Positions 9,889 through 22,540 of a stretch of DNA of 40,429 nucleotides are shown here, in pieces (positions within the stretch are counted from its first letter, which is position 1; each line of letters starts with the position of its first letter). Made by a program: the position numbers and the translations under genes. The notes under the pieces were generated by a model. The model worked only from the letters and a program-made list of their open reading frames with translations. It did not search any database and was not told the origin of the DNA. The stretch covers positions 1 to 40,429 of IMG/VR virus record IMGVR_UViG_2529293138_000011; one strand, written 5' to 3'. Source of the stretch: a virus (lineage: Duplodnaviria; Heunggongvirae; Uroviricota; Caudoviricetes).

Positions 9889-10342
9889 TCGTTAGCTCCT
9901 CGTATTTTGAGCGCGGTAACTGATAAATTGTGATGCCTACAGGCTTTCCATTGCTGGTATAAGCATCATCAAGGTGACCAACACGGGTAGCGCCAAGCAA
10001 ACGGATAATTGCCCGTCCGTATTTGGTGGTGTCAGGAACCATGGTGATGCTGTTAAGGAATGGTGAGTTTTCGAGAAGCCATTTGCAGAATAATCGATGC
10101 CCTTGCAGTGCATATTCTCCACGGAATCCGGGGTCATACACCGCATGGCATTCAACAACGCTATGCCAGAAGTTACGCACTTCATGAACTCCAGCCAGCA
10201 CTAATCCTTCGTAGATGCCGAGATATACCGCATCAGGCTTGATGTAGTATTTGTCTCCACTGTCTACGATATTTCCCGTGTTTGCCGGGTTGTTGAGGAA
10301 TTCTGCAAGCTTCACCGGGTTATCGATGAGCTTTATGTGCAT
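9863..10342 (-). CDS. Virion protein at the P22 gp14 position
   Basis: 159 aa between tail needle and gp7-like genes; assignment by synteny only. Confidence 0.55.
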   Translation of the reverse strand: MHIKLIDNPVKLAEFLNNPANTGNIVDSGDKYYIKPDAVYLGIYEGLVLAGVHEVRNFWHSVVECHAVYDPGFRGEYALQGHRLFCKWLLENSPFLNSITMVPDTTKYGRAIIRLLGATRVGHLDDAYTSNGKPVGITIYQLPRSKYEELTNVNFPDCQ

Positions 10343-11043
10343 TAGTTGATTAATCCATGTGTTCGTAAGGCGTCTTCCAGTGCTTTGATGCGCTGCCGCG
10401 CCTGCTGTAAACCTGTAGCCATAGCGGAAACTTCAGACTGCGTATACGTGGTACTGACCGTGTATGCCTGGTTAGCGTTGAATGCGCCGAGAAGTGCCGT
10501 TCCGGTTGCTGCTGTCCATCCTGTCTGACGAGCACCGATAACCTTGGTGCCGCCGACTGAATAGGATGTTGTTACGTTGAGGGGGGATGTCAGCGATTGT
10601 GTTGCTGTGGCTGTTTTCGATACGTAATCGTCCTGCAATGCAGAAATATTTCCTTCAGCCTCCGTCACTCTACCATCAAGAGCACTGACATCAGCCTGCA
10701 AGGTGACTATTTCACCTTCAGCCGTGGTTAGTCTGACATCCAGCGACGCGATTGCATTGGTATTTGCAGTAATACGGATTTCATGGTCGTCTACGTCGAT
10801 GCGGAGCTGACGAATTCTTTCTTCGTGATCGACCAGAATCACATCCTGCTCATCGTTCCTGACTTGTGCGTCATAAGCGCCCTGTCCGGCCTCGTTGGCC
10901 TTGTTAGCCACATTACCAACATCAGTACCCTGTGCGATAACGTACAGCAGATATGACTGCGAGAAGATATTGCGTGGAAGGACTGATGTATCGAGCCGCG
11001 TAGCCTGGATGATTACCGGCTCATTGAGATTCGAATCCGCCAT
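10342..11043 (-). CDS. Tail needle protein, P22 gp26-like
   Basis: 233 aa. [43 protein letters not shown] and the trimeric coiled-coil heptads match P22 gp26 as I recall it. Confidence 0.85.
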   Translation of the reverse strand: MADSNLNEPVIIQATRLDTSVLPRNIFSQSYLLYVIAQGTDVGNVANKANEAGQGAYDAQVRNDEQDVILVDHEERIRQLRIDVDDHEIRITANTNAIASLDVRLTTAEGEIVTLQADVSALDGRVTEAEGNISALQDDYVSKTATATQSLTSPLNVTTSYSVGGTKVIGARQTGWTAATGTALLGAFNANQAYTVSTTYTQSEVSAMATGLQQARQRIKALEDALRTHGLIN

Positions 11044-12461
11044 TACTCAATCCTTATCTGGCAGCCAGATAGAGTGACTGGTGACTTCGTAATAACGCGC
11101 AATTTGAAGCCGACATTTTTCCTGATGCGCCCAACTCGCTTCCACAAAACGCGTTTGTCGTAAACGAACGGTTCATTCTGCTCAATCATCTGCTCACGCC
11201 CGTAATTGATGCCGTCAGTGGTTGCAGAGAGAAAAAGGCGGTCAGCATACTGCGCAACGCCAGTTGACGACTCAACCTCAAGGTCGAACACTCTGGCGTT
11301 ATCCGCTTTGAACAACGGAGTAAACAGCAGGTGTTCCTGTTGAAGACCATACTGACTGCTGATATCGAACTGCAATTTCCCGGTCACGGACTCCAGCTTA
11401 TCGCCGCACGTTATCTGATTGCCTTCGTAAATGAAGTCGATAGCGCGGTACACATCGTCATACAGGCCTGTTTTCAGTACACACCATTGCGGACCATTGG
11501 CGCTTGAAGATGCGTCGTACACGAGGACGTGACGCGTAAGATGGATAATCAGCAGTTCATGCGCATCAAATCGCAACGATTCCATCACGCCATCAGCCAG
11601 TTCATCAGCAGTGTAGGAGCGGAGAATTTTCTCAATGCTCGCGCTGGCGATTGGTGACACCTGACCGGAGCCGATGATGTATACAGACGGCGCACCCGTT
11701 GCCGGATTGCTGATGAACGCATAGGAATCAGCAAACGGCGTTTTGCAGTAAGTTCCGGCAATGCCTTTCTGCACCATCAGTGATGGCTGTGCGACATACA
11801 AAGCGGCACCAACGGTGGTTGCCCCAGTCAGGGAAAAATATTCAATCGTCGATGAACCAAAGCAGACGATGAAGTCTCGCCATGTTCCGATGCCGAGGAT
11901 ACCGTCCGGCTGCGATTCTGCGCGATATTGTGCGCTGTAGCGGTCAGGATGCGATTCGTCTTCAAGGTCAGTGATAAACCATGAATCAGTGCCGTCTTTT
12001 GACCACGCATAACGCCCGCGTAAGCGCGTAATGTCACGAACAGAACCTAACTCATACTGCGTGAATCCGCTGTCTGTAGGCCAGTTTGAGACTGTTTTAA
12101 CCGTGCCATCATAACGATACTCGACCAGTTGGCCATTAACGCCTACAGCCTGAGATGTTCGACCATGCGCCATTGATACGCGCCCACTTCCGGCAACATC
12201 ACCGACTTCACTTTCGCCTTTGTAAAGCTTCCCACCACACACGCGATAAACAGCACTCTGCGCCATGTTGTACTCGACGCCGCGAGATACACCGTTCACA
12301 TCAGAGCGTTTGGCAATGCCCGGGAATGAGCGAAGATATCCGCTGCTGTTAAGGATTTCTTTGGGGGTTGCCAGCATATTCACTGGCAGATAGTCGATAT
12401 AGTCGGCGTTTCGGAAGTCTTTGCCGACACCTTTCATAAGCGGAAGTTGCTGAATCGGCAT
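11043..12461 (-). CDS. Tail hub protein, P22 gp10-like
   Basis: 472 aa, same length as P22 gp10, syntenic between gp4 and gp26. Confidence 0.8.
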   Translation of the reverse strand: MPIQQLPLMKGVGKDFRNADYIDYLPVNMLATPKEILNSSGYLRSFPGIAKRSDVNGVSRGVEYNMAQSAVYRVCGGKLYKGESEVGDVAGSGRVSMAHGRTSQAVGVNGQLVEYRYDGTVKTVSNWPTDSGFTQYELGSVRDITRLRGRYAWSKDGTDSWFITDLEDESHPDRYSAQYRAESQPDGILGIGTWRDFIVCFGSSTIEYFSLTGATTVGAALYVAQPSLMVQKGIAGTYCKTPFADSYAFISNPATGAPSVYIIGSGQVSPIASASIEKILRSYTADELADGVMESLRFDAHELLIIHLTRHVLVYDASSSANGPQWCVLKTGLYDDVYRAIDFIYEGNQITCGDKLESVTGKLQFDISSQYGLQQEHLLFTPLFKADNARVFDLEVESSTGVAQYADRLFLSATTDGINYGREQMIEQNEPFVYDKRVLWKRVGRIRKNVGFKLRVITKSPVTLSGCQIRIE

Positions 12462-12939
12462 TTATTCGCTCCCGTTATCGCAAGGTTCCTTCCGGTGGAA
12501 GTAATTCCAACCGTTCCACTTCGCCAACTGATTACCGCTACCAACAGGCATACGGTTTGGATAACCGGACTTACATTTAGCGGCTTTTGCTCTGTCCATT
12601 GCAGACAGTTTGACGAGTCGCTCTTTCCCGTATCTGGCAGTGGTTATAAGTTTTGCTGACGCTTCCAGCGCATAATCCGGAGCAATGCGGCAGGCAAGGT
12701 TGAAAATGACGGCATTGATAGCGTTATTTGATAAACCGTGCTCATCGCCCGGATCTGGAGCGACATCTGCATCAGCGAAAATGTAGCCAACGTTGATACC
12801 TGGTGACGCATCACCGCCAAGCCATTCCGCCATCATCATTTCAAGGTCGTTGACACCATCTTCCATGGACTGCGGTTCGACATCGGTTAACGTGGCATTT
12901 GATGCCACACCGAGCTTACGTAATGCCGCAAGAACTAAA

Positions 12940-12962
<23 letters not shown>
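12462..12962 (-). CDS. Tail adaptor protein, P22 gp4-like
   Basis: From the internal Met, [32 protein letters not shown] resembles the P22 gp4 N-terminus (166 aa). The track ORF's 31-codon upstream extension is the hexanucleotide repeat read in another frame. Confidence 0.8.
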
Positions 12963-13194
<232 letters not shown>

Positions 13195-13207
13195 GCTTGT
13201 CTCCAGA

Positions 13208-13232
13208 TAAAAAAGGGAGCCGAAGCTCCCTC
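13208..13232 (-). terminator. Rho-independent terminator immediately after the coat gene
   Basis: On the minus strand: GGGAGCTTCGGCTCCC followed by TTTTTTAT. Confidence 0.7.
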
Positions 13233-13238
13233 TGGTTA

Positions 13239-14534
13239 TCACGCGGTCTGGTTAGGCAGACCAACACCAATTGCCTCTGGTCGTACAGCACATGCTGAAT
13301 ACCACACAGCAATACGGCACTTACCAGACAGAGTGTTGATATCACCCTGCGTTGCGAAGATGCCGTTAACACCAATACCTGGAATGCTGAAGGAAGACGT
13401 TTTCATGCCAGCAAACAGCTCATGGGTTACCGGGATCGGCTGAGACAGCAGACGGATTGAGTCATCAGCCCAGAACACGTTAGCGGTGGTTGTTGCCACG
13501 TTCAGAACGTTTACCGGAGTGGTATCAGCAAGAGAGGTGTTTACGTTAGCGTAAGCCTTCTCTTCTTTTGTCAGTGACGCGTCATCCAGTGCAATCGGCT
13601 TCGGCGTGATTTCGATGTGAGTACCATCGATCACACGGGTGATTGAGAAAGTCGCATCATCAGTCAGCACATTCTTCGCCATCTGAGACAGGAATTTCAC
13701 ACCAGTGAAGCTGATTTTGTCGCCGCGCTTAAATCCGGTGGTGGAGGATACGGTCACCGTTGCAACACGGTTGTCGACGTTCTCTTTGTTACCATCGGTA
13801 TCAAGGGTGTATGCCTGCGGCTTAAACTTCTGCGCTCCAGTCACAGTTACACCAGTAGCGGTTGACTTGGTAACTGCCGGAAGTTTCGGTGAGCGAAGAA
13901 TTTCATCAAAGCCGGCAATCTGACGCTGAATAGTACCGTTGCGATACGCTTCTTCAGGAACGCGCCCAAAGATGTCACCATCCACCAGGTTGCGGCCTGC
14001 TTTGCGGTAATCGTCAGGGTTCAGGAAGTAACTGATGCCCATATCGCGGTTTAGCTCACGGGAGAACATCAGGCGTTCTGCATCAGACACAAAATCCCAG
14101 CCAGACAGGCCAGTAGATGGACCAATTGCGCGGGTATCGTGAACAACAAGCGATCCCATTTCAGTTGCCTGTTTGGCAATCGCTGACTCAATGTTATTCG
14201 CCAGTTTTTTGGCGGATGCCTGGATGCGGCGACGGTAAGAACGCTCATCACGCAGGTCATCTGCACGAAGCTCGAAGAAATCGTTATCCGGATCACCCAT
14301 GTTGCATTTCACGGAGAGTTCCAGAATCCCGGTAGCGTTGCCAGTTAAATCCCAGCCAGTCTGAGTTGGCGCTTCCTGCTCAACAGGCATCCACACGGTG
14401 TTGCTTGAACGCTGCATGGATTCTGCCGGAGGGGTGTATTTTGTCACTTTGGACGCCATTGGCGTCAGGTTCTGGACGGTTTCGATGATTTCATCCAGAG
14501 CATACGTGACCAGTTGACCTTCATTTAATGCCAT
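13239..14534 (-). CDS. Major capsid (coat) protein, P22 gp5-like
   Basis: 431 aa. [20 protein letters not shown]...[18 protein letters not shown]...[22 protein letters not shown] is collinear with P22 coat protein. Confidence 0.9.
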   Translation of the reverse strand: MALNEGQLVTYALDEIIETVQNLTPMASKVTKYTPPAESMQRSSNTVWMPVEQEAPTQTGWDLTGNATGILELSVKCNMGDPDNDFFELRADDLRDERSYRRRIQASAKKLANNIESAIAKQATEMGSLVVHDTRAIGPSTGLSGWDFVSDAERLMFSRELNRDMGISYFLNPDDYRKAGRNLVDGDIFGRVPEEAYRNGTIQRQIAGFDEILRSPKLPAVTKSTATGVTVTGAQKFKPQAYTLDTDGNKENVDNRVATVTVSSTTGFKRGDKISFTGVKFLSQMAKNVLTDDATFSITRVIDGTHIEITPKPIALDDASLTKEEKAYANVNTSLADTTPVNVLNVATTTANVFWADDSIRLLSQPIPVTHELFAGMKTSSFSIPGIGVNGIFATQGDINTLSGKCRIAVWYSACAVRPEAIGVGLPNQTA

Positions 14535-15445
14535 TATCGAATTCCTTTATTCAGTTGCGCCTTGAGCTTGCGGTACGTCTCTACATCCCCTTTGTTTGCT
14601 GCCGCTTCCATCTGCTTTTCAATCGCAGAGATATTTGCAGCAACAGCGTGCCCCTGAATGGGTTCATCAGGTAACGGGGCTTCTGAAACAGGCTTGGCTC
14701 TAGGCTTGAGAGTTAAACGTTCTGACAGTCGAGTGAGTTCAATCAACGCGGATTGCCCGTCCATCGCCAGCAACTGGCGTGTTTTCTCAGGATTAGCACC
14801 AAGGTGATACATGAGAGCAGCGGATTTCTCCGGGAAGAGGCGCATGATGTCGGCACCGACTGCTGGCGGCACCAGTTGCATGAATGCGTCCTCTTTCTCC
14901 TGATAGTCAGGGATATTGAGCTTTTCCGCTGCGTCGTAGTGCTTACGGGCTGCCTCGACGTATTGCGCTGATTGCTGGGTGAACTCCTGAGTTTTGCGAC
15001 CCTGCTCGGCGACAGCCTGGCTTCGTGCGTCCATAGCCTTGATCTGCCATTCACTGTTTGCCTGCTGGAAGGCAGCCAGTGCGCGGCTCTGGTCATAGTC
15101 GTACTTAGCCAGTGCATCTTCGGAAAGATAATCGTTAGGGTCTGGTTGTTTTGGTAACTCAGGGTTCACCCGCAGGTGCTCCGGCAACTCTCCACGCTTA
15201 ACCGCTTCCATCTGCTGCTCAAGCTCACGCTGGCGTTTGCGTTCGATGCGGCGACGGGCAAATTCAGCATTAGTTGCCGGGTCTTGTTTTGGTTTCTCAT
15301 CGTCTTTCAGGACAATCTCGAAGCCTTCTTCCTGACCTGCGTTGTCGTTGGCATTATCGACAACTAAGCCATCAGCAGATGCCGCTGCATGATTGCCGGG
15401 CAGGGTTAATTCTTCAGAAGCCTGAATGTCGGTGGTTTGGTCCAT
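14534..15445 (-). CDS. Scaffolding protein, P22 gp8-like
   Basis: 303 aa, same length as P22 gp8. The C-terminal [48 protein letters not shown] matches the P22 scaffold. Confidence 0.9.
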   Translation of the reverse strand: MDQTTDIQASEELTLPGNHAAASADGLVVDNANDNAGQEEGFEIVLKDDEKPKQDPATNAEFARRRIERKRQRELEQQMEAVKRGELPEHLRVNPELPKQPDPNDYLSEDALAKYDYDQSRALAAFQQANSEWQIKAMDARSQAVAEQGRKTQEFTQQSAQYVEAARKHYDAAEKLNIPDYQEKEDAFMQLVPPAVGADIMRLFPEKSAALMYHLGANPEKTRQLLAMDGQSALIELTRLSERLTLKPRAKPVSEAPLPDEPIQGHAVAANISAIEKQMEAAANKGDVETYRKLKAQLNKGIR

Positions 15446-15458
15446 GATTAACTCTCTC

Positions 15459-17624
15459 TTATTGAGGTGTCTCGGCTACTCCGCCGGAGGGGATTTGAAC
15501 TTGACGCATAAGATTCGCGAAATCCATGCGTTGTGAATGAGTCTGGTCTGCATCTTTAAGAAGCAGCTCAGCGTTAGCGCGAGCATCTTTGCTGCGCTGT
15601 TGCTGGAATTGACCTACGAGCTTGAGGTACTCACGCAGTTCTGCCTGCTTGTCGAGGTCCATATTGTTGAAGATTTCTGCAATCTTCGCGGCGTTGAGTT
15701 GGTTTTGGGCTTCAACCTTGGCAGCTTCAACCTGAATCTGCGCCTGTTGGTTCTCTGCCTTGAGCAATTCAGCCTGACCTTGCAGAAGGATACCCTGCGC
15801 CTGAATTTGCTCTGCTGATGGCTGCTGCGGCTGCTGTTGAGCCTGCTGTACCATCTCCATCTCTTCAGGTGTTTCTGGTTTCTTCAGCCCCATCATCACC
15901 AGTTGCTTGTTCGCGTACTCTCGCATCATCTCGACGCCTTTACCGTCAAGCAGCGTGAAGTATTGCAGCATCAGCATCTGGAACTCTGGAGTACCTTGCG
16001 GAACCTTGGTGAGCAACTCCTGAATCTCTGCGCGGTTCTGTTCCTTCATACTCTGGAAGGATGGTCCAACGTCTGTATAGCACTCATAGCGACCGCGAAT
16101 GTCGTTGAGTGTGACCACATTGCCGGACTGGTAATCGACAACTTGCGCGTAGAGTTGAACGTCTTTCTCGCTACCATCTTCAAGTGTCAGCGTTACATGA
16201 CGAGGAACGTCATAAATATCGTTGACTATTGAGGCATAAATCTCGCCATCACGTCGCATTGCGGTAGCCAGGTTATCCTGAAACACGTATGTCTCAAGGT
16301 CTGCCCGCATGTTCAGTTGATTGACGGTATCAAAAGCGACCTGACCATTTGCCGCCTGCGCATCCACGCCAAGACTAGCCACTTCTTTCACTGCGTTGGT
16401 GGCAGCCTCAAGCATGTAAGCGTTGGCTTGCGGCACTTCAGGGTTTTCCATGTAGGAGATTGGACCAATCGGCAGGTCGCTACCGTTTTCATCGGTCCTG
16501 TTCTGCAGATAGTACGGATAGTCATCATTTCCACCGTACATGTATTCGTAGCCTTCGATTTGCTCAGGGAAGAAGGTCGGTTTCTTCTTCGGTGAACGAG
16601 CAACAATATCGGCGTTGAACGACATGATCATGTTACGAAGGCGCTGACCGTCTTTCGTCAGCCTTACCACTCCTTCGTAGCACTCCTTGTCACCAGCGAA
16701 TGACCATTCGCCATACACTGGAACGATTGGAATATGCTCTCCGGCTATCTTCTCGCGGTCTTTCAGTATCTGCGTGCAGGTGATGATCGACTTATACACA
16801 CGCCGACGCTTCACCTTGCGCTCTGCTACCTTAATGAATCCACGATTAGCCAGGTCGTCGATGACGTCTTTGATATCCTGCTGGTAATAGCTGACTGGCT
16901 CACCTGTCAGCGGGTCGCGGTAGATGAAGACTTTCTCTTTCTTCTCTTCGACCTCGTAATACTCAGCGACGTAGACGACATCATTCGATACCCACGGAAA
17001 CAGCCATGTATCGTTCGGATTCTGGAAAGATGGCAAGGTGTCCGGATCAATACCGTAATCCTCTGCGAACTCTTTCCAGCCATTGCGCGACAAGGCGTTA
17101 ATCACCGTGCAGTGCTTAGCGTCGCTCTTATCCATCTGCTTGCTGTTGGCGTCCCATATGACGTGTGAGCAGGCTTCATGGATTGGAAGGCGTCGGATTA
17201 CCTGATTGTTGCTTGTTGGATCGTTGTCTTCGTACTGCGTGACCAGACGCCATGCACCAACGCCGGACTCTATCTGCTCACGAACGCCAACGTTAACGGC
17301 AATCTTTGCCGTGTTATGGCGCATATCAGTACGATACATCCCCATCAACACATCGGCAGCATCAGGATTAGCTCCGTCTTTTGGTCTGAATAGAACGTCG
17401 ATAGGGTTCCGGCGCATCTCTGCGACCAGCTTCCTGACCACCGGGCGAACAACATCGAATTGTCCGCGATATTGCAGGGTGGTGTAGTTTGATAGCCAGT
17501 CATCCCATTGCGACACTCGGCTAAAATACAGGTCATTTGTCGCCTCGGTTCTGGCTTCATCGCTCGCCATCCAGTCTGCGTCAAACTTACACAGAATGGA
17601 ATTGAGTCTGTTTTCGTCGGCCAT
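15459..17624 (-). CDS. Portal protein, P22 gp1-like
   Basis: 721 aa. [18 protein letters not shown]...[23 protein letters not shown] matches the P22 portal. Confidence 0.9.
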   Translation of the reverse strand: MADENRLNSILCKFDADWMASDEARTEATNDLYFSRVSQWDDWLSNYTTLQYRGQFDVVRPVVRKLVAEMRRNPIDVLFRPKDGANPDAADVLMGMYRTDMRHNTAKIAVNVGVREQIESGVGAWRLVTQYEDNDPTSNNQVIRRLPIHEACSHVIWDANSKQMDKSDAKHCTVINALSRNGWKEFAEDYGIDPDTLPSFQNPNDTWLFPWVSNDVVYVAEYYEVEEKKEKVFIYRDPLTGEPVSYYQQDIKDVIDDLANRGFIKVAERKVKRRRVYKSIITCTQILKDREKIAGEHIPIVPVYGEWSFAGDKECYEGVVRLTKDGQRLRNMIMSFNADIVARSPKKKPTFFPEQIEGYEYMYGGNDDYPYYLQNRTDENGSDLPIGPISYMENPEVPQANAYMLEAATNAVKEVASLGVDAQAANGQVAFDTVNQLNMRADLETYVFQDNLATAMRRDGEIYASIVNDIYDVPRHVTLTLEDGSEKDVQLYAQVVDYQSGNVVTLNDIRGRYECYTDVGPSFQSMKEQNRAEIQELLTKVPQGTPEFQMLMLQYFTLLDGKGVEMMREYANKQLVMMGLKKPETPEEMEMVQQAQQQPQQPSAEQIQAQGILLQGQAELLKAENQQAQIQVEAAKVEAQNQLNAAKIAEIFNNMDLDKQAELREYLKLVGQFQQQRSKDARANAELLLKDADQTHSQRMDFANLMRQVQIPSGGVAETPQ

Positions 17625-19124
17625 TTAAGTTCTCCGTGCGATGGGCCTGATTGGGGCTGGTATCTTTTTCTCTTTTGGTTTTTTGATGTCGCGCATCATT
17701 TTTGCGAAGCGACGCATCATGTATGCATAGCGAACGGCTGAGAGAACGTCGTCGTTAAGCTTGACGATTTTCCCGTTTTCATCACGGTGATAGAGACGGA
17801 ACTCCTCAAAGAATGGCTCACAGGTGTTGAATACTTTGAAGCGACCATCGAGCATCATGTCTCGCAATTCAGTGATGCCAGGCTCAACAGCATTACCGCC
17901 ATCAGGCCATGTCGCATGCTCCTGCAACATCATAAATCCAGCGTCTGCATACTGCCCTTTGAGCTGCTCACCACCGCCCTTCTCATGCTGGTTTCCGTCA
18001 TGAGGCCATGCTGTTGGCACTTTATGCGCCCATGATTTAACGGCTCCCCACGCCTGAACGGCTGTTTTTTCTTTCGCCTTCCACACGCGTGAAACGTAGA
18101 TTGTGTCTGCGTCCTTATCCCACCAAAGCTGAACCTGCGCCTGTGGGTGATCCCATCCGAAATCCATCCCGCCAATTACGTAGAAGTGATCAGGGCACTC
18201 AAACGGCTGACACTTAATCGTCTCTTCCGGTATCTGGAAGATTCGACCGCTACCCATCGTAGGAATACCGCGAGCACGCGCCTCTCTCTCATGCTCAGGA
18301 TAGGATGCGATGATTTGCTCTTTCTGCTCGTCGGTGTAGTGCTCAGCGTCATAGATGGTCATGTTGACCACTTTCTGCGACTTGCTGGGATTCTTCAGGA
18401 ACTTGGTAACAACGTCAGACATCCCCATCAGCGGGGTAAACGTCAGAATTGAGAATTGACCGTATTTGTTGGTACGGGTAAGACCTTCGCCATAAATGCT
18501 GTATGGTGGTTCTTCGTCAAACCACACGCCGTGGATTGTGTCACCCTGCCAGCGAGCGCGGCCTTGCGAGTATGGCTTGAAGTAGCAGATTGAAATGCCA
18601 TCTTCAACGCCATCAGCCGTGTGATGCTTAACCAGAAGATGATCAACAAGGTTCGGAAAGAAAGGAGACTTCTTCCAGCTAATGATGTCCTCTTTCGGTA
18701 TGGAACCGTAGCCTGGCTCGTCATTCTCTTCGATACGACCGCACAGGATGCGTTGAGTCGTTTTAGTTACAGTCTCGTTTGTCTCGCCACCAATCCAGAA
18801 GACAACAGGCTCATAGAAACGCTTACCTTTCCACTCCCCGCCATATTTACCATCTGCCGGATAGCCTTTTGTTCCCGGATAACGCCCGGTAAGGTGAAAC
18901 GCGACTTCAGCAGCACCAGTAAATGACTTACCAAGCTGGTTACCAGCCATAAAACATCGCTCTGGATAGTCATGCCCGGCGTCGATGAACTCACGCTGTT
19001 TGCTGTATGGCGTAAATTCATATAGCAGGTGTGTGTTCCGGTAGTTCTCTTCTTCTTCGAGTAGCTCGAGCAACTCGATTTGCTCTTCGTCGCTCAGGTT
19101 ATCAAGAATCGCGTCCAGTTCCAC
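17625..19124 (-). CDS. Terminase large subunit, P22 gp2-like
   Basis: 499 aa, same length as P22 gp2; ATPase and nuclease arrangement; follows the small subunit. Confidence 0.9.
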   Translation of the reverse strand: MELDAILDNLSDEEQIELLELLEEEENYRNTHLLYEFTPYSKQREFIDAGHDYPERCFMAGNQLGKSFTGAAEVAFHLTGRYPGTKGYPADGKYGGEWKGKRFYEPVVFWIGGETNETVTKTTQRILCGRIEENDEPGYGSIPKEDIISWKKSPFFPNLVDHLLVKHHTADGVEDGISICYFKPYSQGRARWQGDTIHGVWFDEEPPYSIYGEGLTRTNKYGQFSILTFTPLMGMSDVVTKFLKNPSKSQKVVNMTIYDAEHYTDEQKEQIIASYPEHEREARARGIPTMGSGRIFQIPEETIKCQPFECPDHFYVIGGMDFGWDHPQAQVQLWWDKDADTIYVSRVWKAKEKTAVQAWGAVKSWAHKVPTAWPHDGNQHEKGGGEQLKGQYADAGFMMLQEHATWPDGGNAVEPGITELRDMMLDGRFKVFNTCEPFFEEFRLYHRDENGKIVKLNDDVLSAVRYAYMMRRFAKMMRDIKKPKEKKIPAPIRPIARRT

Positions 19125-19590
19125 GGTTGAATAGCTCCTTGATACGAGAGCGTCGCTTATCGCGATCCCCCTTATCAGGTGTCACGTCTTCAACTTGCGA
19201 CTGCTCTTTGAGGCCCAAATCACGGGCGATGATGTTAGCGTTGAGAAGGTCAGCGGCTGCGCCAGAGAATTTCTGGTCGTAGATGATGTCTTCCGCTCGT
19301 GATGTGACGTCAGAAAAACCTTCCATTGACCGGAAGGTTCCCCATGTTTGCCTGGTGATATCAAGGAAGGTACACAATCCTGAAATAGTCATGGCTCGCA
19401 TCTTAGGGACATTAGCCTTAATTATTTCTCCCTGATATGAAAATACCTTACCCTCCCATAGCGGGTTATCATCAGCCCACTCGAAGTATTCACAACAAGC
19501 AGCCCACAGCGCCTCAGGCGATTCGAATTTAGGATTTCGCCCATGACTACTGCGGGCCTCCCAAAATCGGTTGCCCTTTGGTGCTGCCAT
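19102..19590 (-). CDS. Terminase small subunit, P22 gp3-like (the pac site is expected inside this gene)
   Basis: 162 aa [50 protein letters not shown], matches P22 gp3. Confidence 0.9.
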   Translation of the reverse strand: MAAPKGNRFWEARSSHGRNPKFESPEALWAACCEYFEWADDNPLWEGKVFSYQGEIIKANVPKMRAMTISGLCTFLDITRQTWGTFRSMEGFSDVTSRAEDIIYDQKFSGAAADLLNANIIARDLGLKEQSQVEDVTPDKGDRDKRRSRIKELFNRGTGRDS

Positions 19591-19669
19591 ATTGATTATT
19601 TCCCTTCTGCTTGCTTATCCCATTCATCGCGGAATTTGGATGGGTTGTCGAAACCTTGAGTTGCCATGT

Positions 19670-19912
19670 TTATGCTCCGGTGGTGAACAGGTCTAACGCT
19701 TCCTTCGATTTACGCACCGCTTCGATAGTGCGAGATGTGAAGTCTGGATTTGCACCGCCATCGTTGTAGTGCAACTTGAACAATTCCAGTTTCAGCTGGT
19801 CAGCACCAATGAATGCAAAAGCTTCCTCTGCCGCTGAATTGTTCTTAGATAGCAGTCGGTAAATTTCTAACTTGAATTTCTGTTCTTCAGTCATGGGAAT
19901 AATCTCTGCCAT
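19670..19912 (-). CDS. Hypothetical protein upstream of the terminase genes (P22 orf80 position)
   Basis: 80-aa ORF immediately upstream of the small terminase gene; no recognisable domain. Confidence 0.5.
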   Translation of the reverse strand: MAEIIPMTEEQKFKLEIYRLLSKNNSAAEEAFAFIGADQLKLELFKLHYNDGGANPDFTSRTIEAVRKSKEALDLFTTGA

Positions 19913-20239
19913 TGTTGGCTCCGTTTATCCGTTAAAAGGGATATCAGTTAAGTTATCCCGTGTAGGGTATAAGCCATTGTCGAGACCACTCATTGAATGG
20001 CCTCTGCAATAACCGATGTCTTTCCATCAGTCCGCCACCACAAAGAATCTTTTTTTGCCATAAGGCAGGGGGTTCATCTTTCAGTGGCTGCCAGTGTTAT
20101 TTCCCCACTTACTGGCTTGGGTTGTATCGCTGTACTGCCGTAACTGGTTGCCCAGAATAAATTCCGGTTTCATTATCAAGCCCACCCGTAGATGGGCTTT
20201 GTAATGAAGAGCTGTTATGAAAATTGCTCTAAACAAGCA

Positions 20240-20728
20240 TTAATAGCCATCAGAAGTAAGCGCTACAGATTTCAACCCCTCAATGTCATCCTTGGACAGG
20301 GCGAACCATTCACCGTGCTTTCTCTTTGCGGCAAATTTGCGATGAAGCATGTTTTCAGCTTCTCTTCCACCAGGGATCAGGCACTCAAGCTTCAAACAGT
20401 CTGGTCCAGAGTTGCCAAGCGATTTGATGCGTTGTGGAATGTTGGATGAATACCCAATTTTGGTTAGCCCAGTTTTCTTCGATGACAAAACGTATACCTG
20501 AGGAGGTTCTTTTCTCTGGTCTTCCATTACACGTCTCATTGTTGCCATAAGTCCGCCGTGCATCAGCATTTCAACAAAGAACGCTGACCGAACACCTGAC
20601 GACTTAAGCATGCCAGAAAATTCACTTGCCAATTCCATTAACTCTGCGATGTTTTCAGGAACTTTTTGGCAGTTATCTTCCTTGTATAAGGAAATCATTC
20701 TTTGAAGCTTTTCTTCTAATTGGTTCAT
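20240..20728 (-). CDS. GIY-YIG-like (T5orf172/MUG113-type) domain protein, moron
   Basis: From the internal Met MNQLEEKLQRM...; the C-terminal half VYVLSSKKTGLTKIGYSSNIPQRIKSLGNSG...ECLIPGGREAENMLHRKFAAKRKHGEWFALS has the T5orf172-type pattern. The track ORF's upstream extension runs through a terminator hairpin, so the start is placed at 20728. Confidence 0.6.
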   Translation of the reverse strand: MNQLEEKLQRMISLYKEDNCQKVPENIAELMELASEFSGMLKSSGVRSAFFVEMLMHGGLMATMRRVMEDQRKEPPQVYVLSSKKTGLTKIGYSSNIPQRIKSLGNSGPDCLKLECLIPGGREAENMLHRKFAAKRKHGEWFALSKDDIEGLKSVALTSDGY

Positions 20729-20872
20729 AGCGTCTTTACCTTTTAGAAAGTGAGCCTGTCTCACAGAAAAGCCGCCCGAGAGAGGTCGCCACCTATAACG
20801 GCATTTCTCAGGCTCGCTTACTGAAAGGCTCTCGTTAATATGCGCGTGAGATGCGCTGTGAAATTCAGATAT

Positions 20873-20895
20873 AAAAAAGCCCCGCACCGCGAGGC
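20873..20895 (-). terminator. Rho-independent terminator after the lysis cassette
   Basis: On the minus strand: GCCTCGCGGTGCGGGGC followed by TTTTTTAT. Confidence 0.6.
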
Positions 20896-20927
20896 TCATT
20901 AAATGGACTTTGTGATTTGCAAAAAAA

Positions 20928-21365
20928 TTATTTCAGGCACTGAGTCCTGATGTACTCCTGCAGGTAGTTAACCTGCGCGGTTATCCTGTCGATTCCACTT
21001 CGGAGACGGTAATAATTGAGTTCAGCATCTGCTGTAAGTCTTGGGATTTCTCCATTGCCCATGCTGCTGGCTCCGGTCGTTGACTTTGCACAGGTGGCGG
21101 CGACTTGCAGGCGCTTACGCCCAGCAGAAACATCAGCACGGAGGCTTTCGATAGTCGCGTTAGCATCAGCAAGCTCCTTTGTGTATCTGGCGTCGAGTTC
21201 TGCTACATCACGTTGACGCTTCTGCATATCAGCGATGATGGATGTGGCTTTATCGCGCTGCTCTTTGTAGGTCATGGCGTTATCACGGTAATGATTAACA
21301 GCCCATGACAGACAGACGATGATGCAGATAACCAGAGCGGAGATAATCGCGGTTACTCTGCTCAT
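20928..21365 (-). CDS. Rz: Rz i-spanin
   Basis: 145 aa, N-terminal TM then coiled coil, with Rz1 embedded in the +1 frame; follows endolysin R. Confidence 0.85.
   Translation of the reverse strand: MSRVTAIISALVICIIVCLSWAVNHYRDNAMTYKEQRDKATSIIADMQKRQRDVAELDARYTKELADANATIESLRADVSAGRKRLQVAATCAKSTTGASSMGNGEIPRLTADAELNYYRLRSGIDRITAQVNYLQEYIRTQCLK
20981..21172 (-). CDS. Rz1: Rz1 o-spanin lipoprotein embedded in Rz
   Basis: Embedded ORF with lipobox LLGVSAC followed by the proline-rich segment [16 protein letters not shown]. Exact start uncertain. Confidence 0.7.
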   Translation of the reverse strand: MLMLTRLSKASVLMFLLGVSACKSPPPVQSQRPEPAAWAMEKSQDLQQMLNSIITVSEVESTG

Positions 21366-21838
21366 ACCTCAATCTCTCTGACCGTTCCGCCTGCTTCTTT
21401 GAATTTTGCAATCAGGTTGTCAGCCTTATGCTCGAACTGACCATAACCAGCGCCCGGCAGTGAAGCCCAGATATTGCTGCAACGGTCGATAGCCTGACGG
21501 ATATCACCGCGATCAATCATCGGTAAAGCGCCACGCTCTTTAATCTGTTGCAGTGCCACAGCGTCCTGGCTTTTCGGAGAGAAGTCTTTCAGGCCAAGCT
21601 GCTTACGATAGGCATCCCACCAACGGGAAAGAAGCTGGTAACGTCCGGCTGCTGTTGATTTGAGTTTGGGGTTTAGCGTGACAAGTTTGCGAGGGTGATC
21701 GGAGTAATCAGTGAATAGCTCCCCGCCTACAATGACGTCATAACCATGATTTCTGGTTTTCTGACGTCCGTTATCAGTTCCCTCTGACCACGCCAGCATA
21801 TCGAGGAACGCCTTACGTTGATTATTGATTTCCACCAT
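21362..21838 (-). CDS. R: Endolysin R (lambda-type lytic transglycosylase)
   Basis: 158 aa [51 protein letters not shown], essentially lambda R. Confidence 0.95.
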   Translation of the reverse strand: MVEINNQRKAFLDMLAWSEGTDNGRQKTRNHGYDVIVGGELFTDYSDHPRKLVTLNPKLKSTAAGRYQLLSRWWDAYRKQLGLKDFSPKSQDAVALQQIKERGALPMIDRGDIRQAIDRCSNIWASLPGAGYGQFEHKADNLIAKFKEAGGTVREIEV

Positions 21839-22145
21839 CTTCTACTCCGGCTTTTTTAGCAGCGAAGCGTTTGATAAGCGAACCAATCGAGTCAGTACCG
21901 ATGTAGCCGATGAACACGCTCGTTATATAAGCGAGATTGCTACTTAGTCCGGCGAAGTCGAGAAGGTCACGAATGAACCAGGCGATAATGGCGCACATCG
22001 TTGCGTCGATTACTGTTTTTGTAAACGCACCGCCATTATATCTGCCGCGAAGGTACGCCATTGCAAACGCAAGGATTGCCCCGATGCCTTGTTCCTTTGC
22101 CGCTAGAATGGCGGCTAACAGGTCATGTTTTTCTGGCATCTTCAT
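21822..22145 (-). CDS. S: Holin S (lambda S107/S105 dual-start motif Met-Lys-Met)
   Basis: 107 aa [64 protein letters not shown], essentially lambda S. Confidence 0.95.
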   Translation of the reverse strand: MKMPEKHDLLAAILAAKEQGIGAILAFAMAYLRGRYNGGAFTKTVIDATMCAIIAWFIRDLLDFAGLSSNLAYITSVFIGYIGTDSIGSLIKRFAAKKAGVEDGGNQ

Positions 22146-22540
22146 GTCTTACCCCCAATAAGGGGATTTGCTCTATTTAATTAGGAATAAGGTCGATTAC
22201 TGATAGAACAAATCCAGGCTACTGTGTTTAGTAATCAGATTTGTTCGTGACCGATATGCACGGGCAAAACGGCAGGAGGTTGTTAGCGCAACCTCTTGCC
22301 ACCCGCTTTCACGAGGTCATGTGTAGAAGGCCGCAGCATAACTATCACTGATGAATTCAGGATAGCCAGTGGCTACGGCTCAGTTTGGGCTGTGCTGTTT
22401 CTGGGCGGCGATGACGCCTGTACGCATTTGGTGATCCGGTTCTGCTTCCGGTATTCGCTTAATTCAGCACAACGGAAAGAGCACTCGGTGCATTTAAGCC
22501 AAGCCCCATAAGGGAGAATGCTCTTACCTGTTACACAGAT

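Noticed and set aside
15537-17741. Multiple plus-strand ORFs of 60-144 aa inside the portal and terminase genes
   Set aside because: Antisense to well-supported structural genes, with low-complexity or Leu/Cys-rich composition; typical spurious frames.
19913-20239. 327-bp non-coding stretch with hairpins (for example GGGATAtcagttaagtTATCCC) upstream of the orf80-like gene
   Set aside because: Hairpins lack a U-tract or covariation support; cannot distinguish a regulatory RNA from chance structure by eye.
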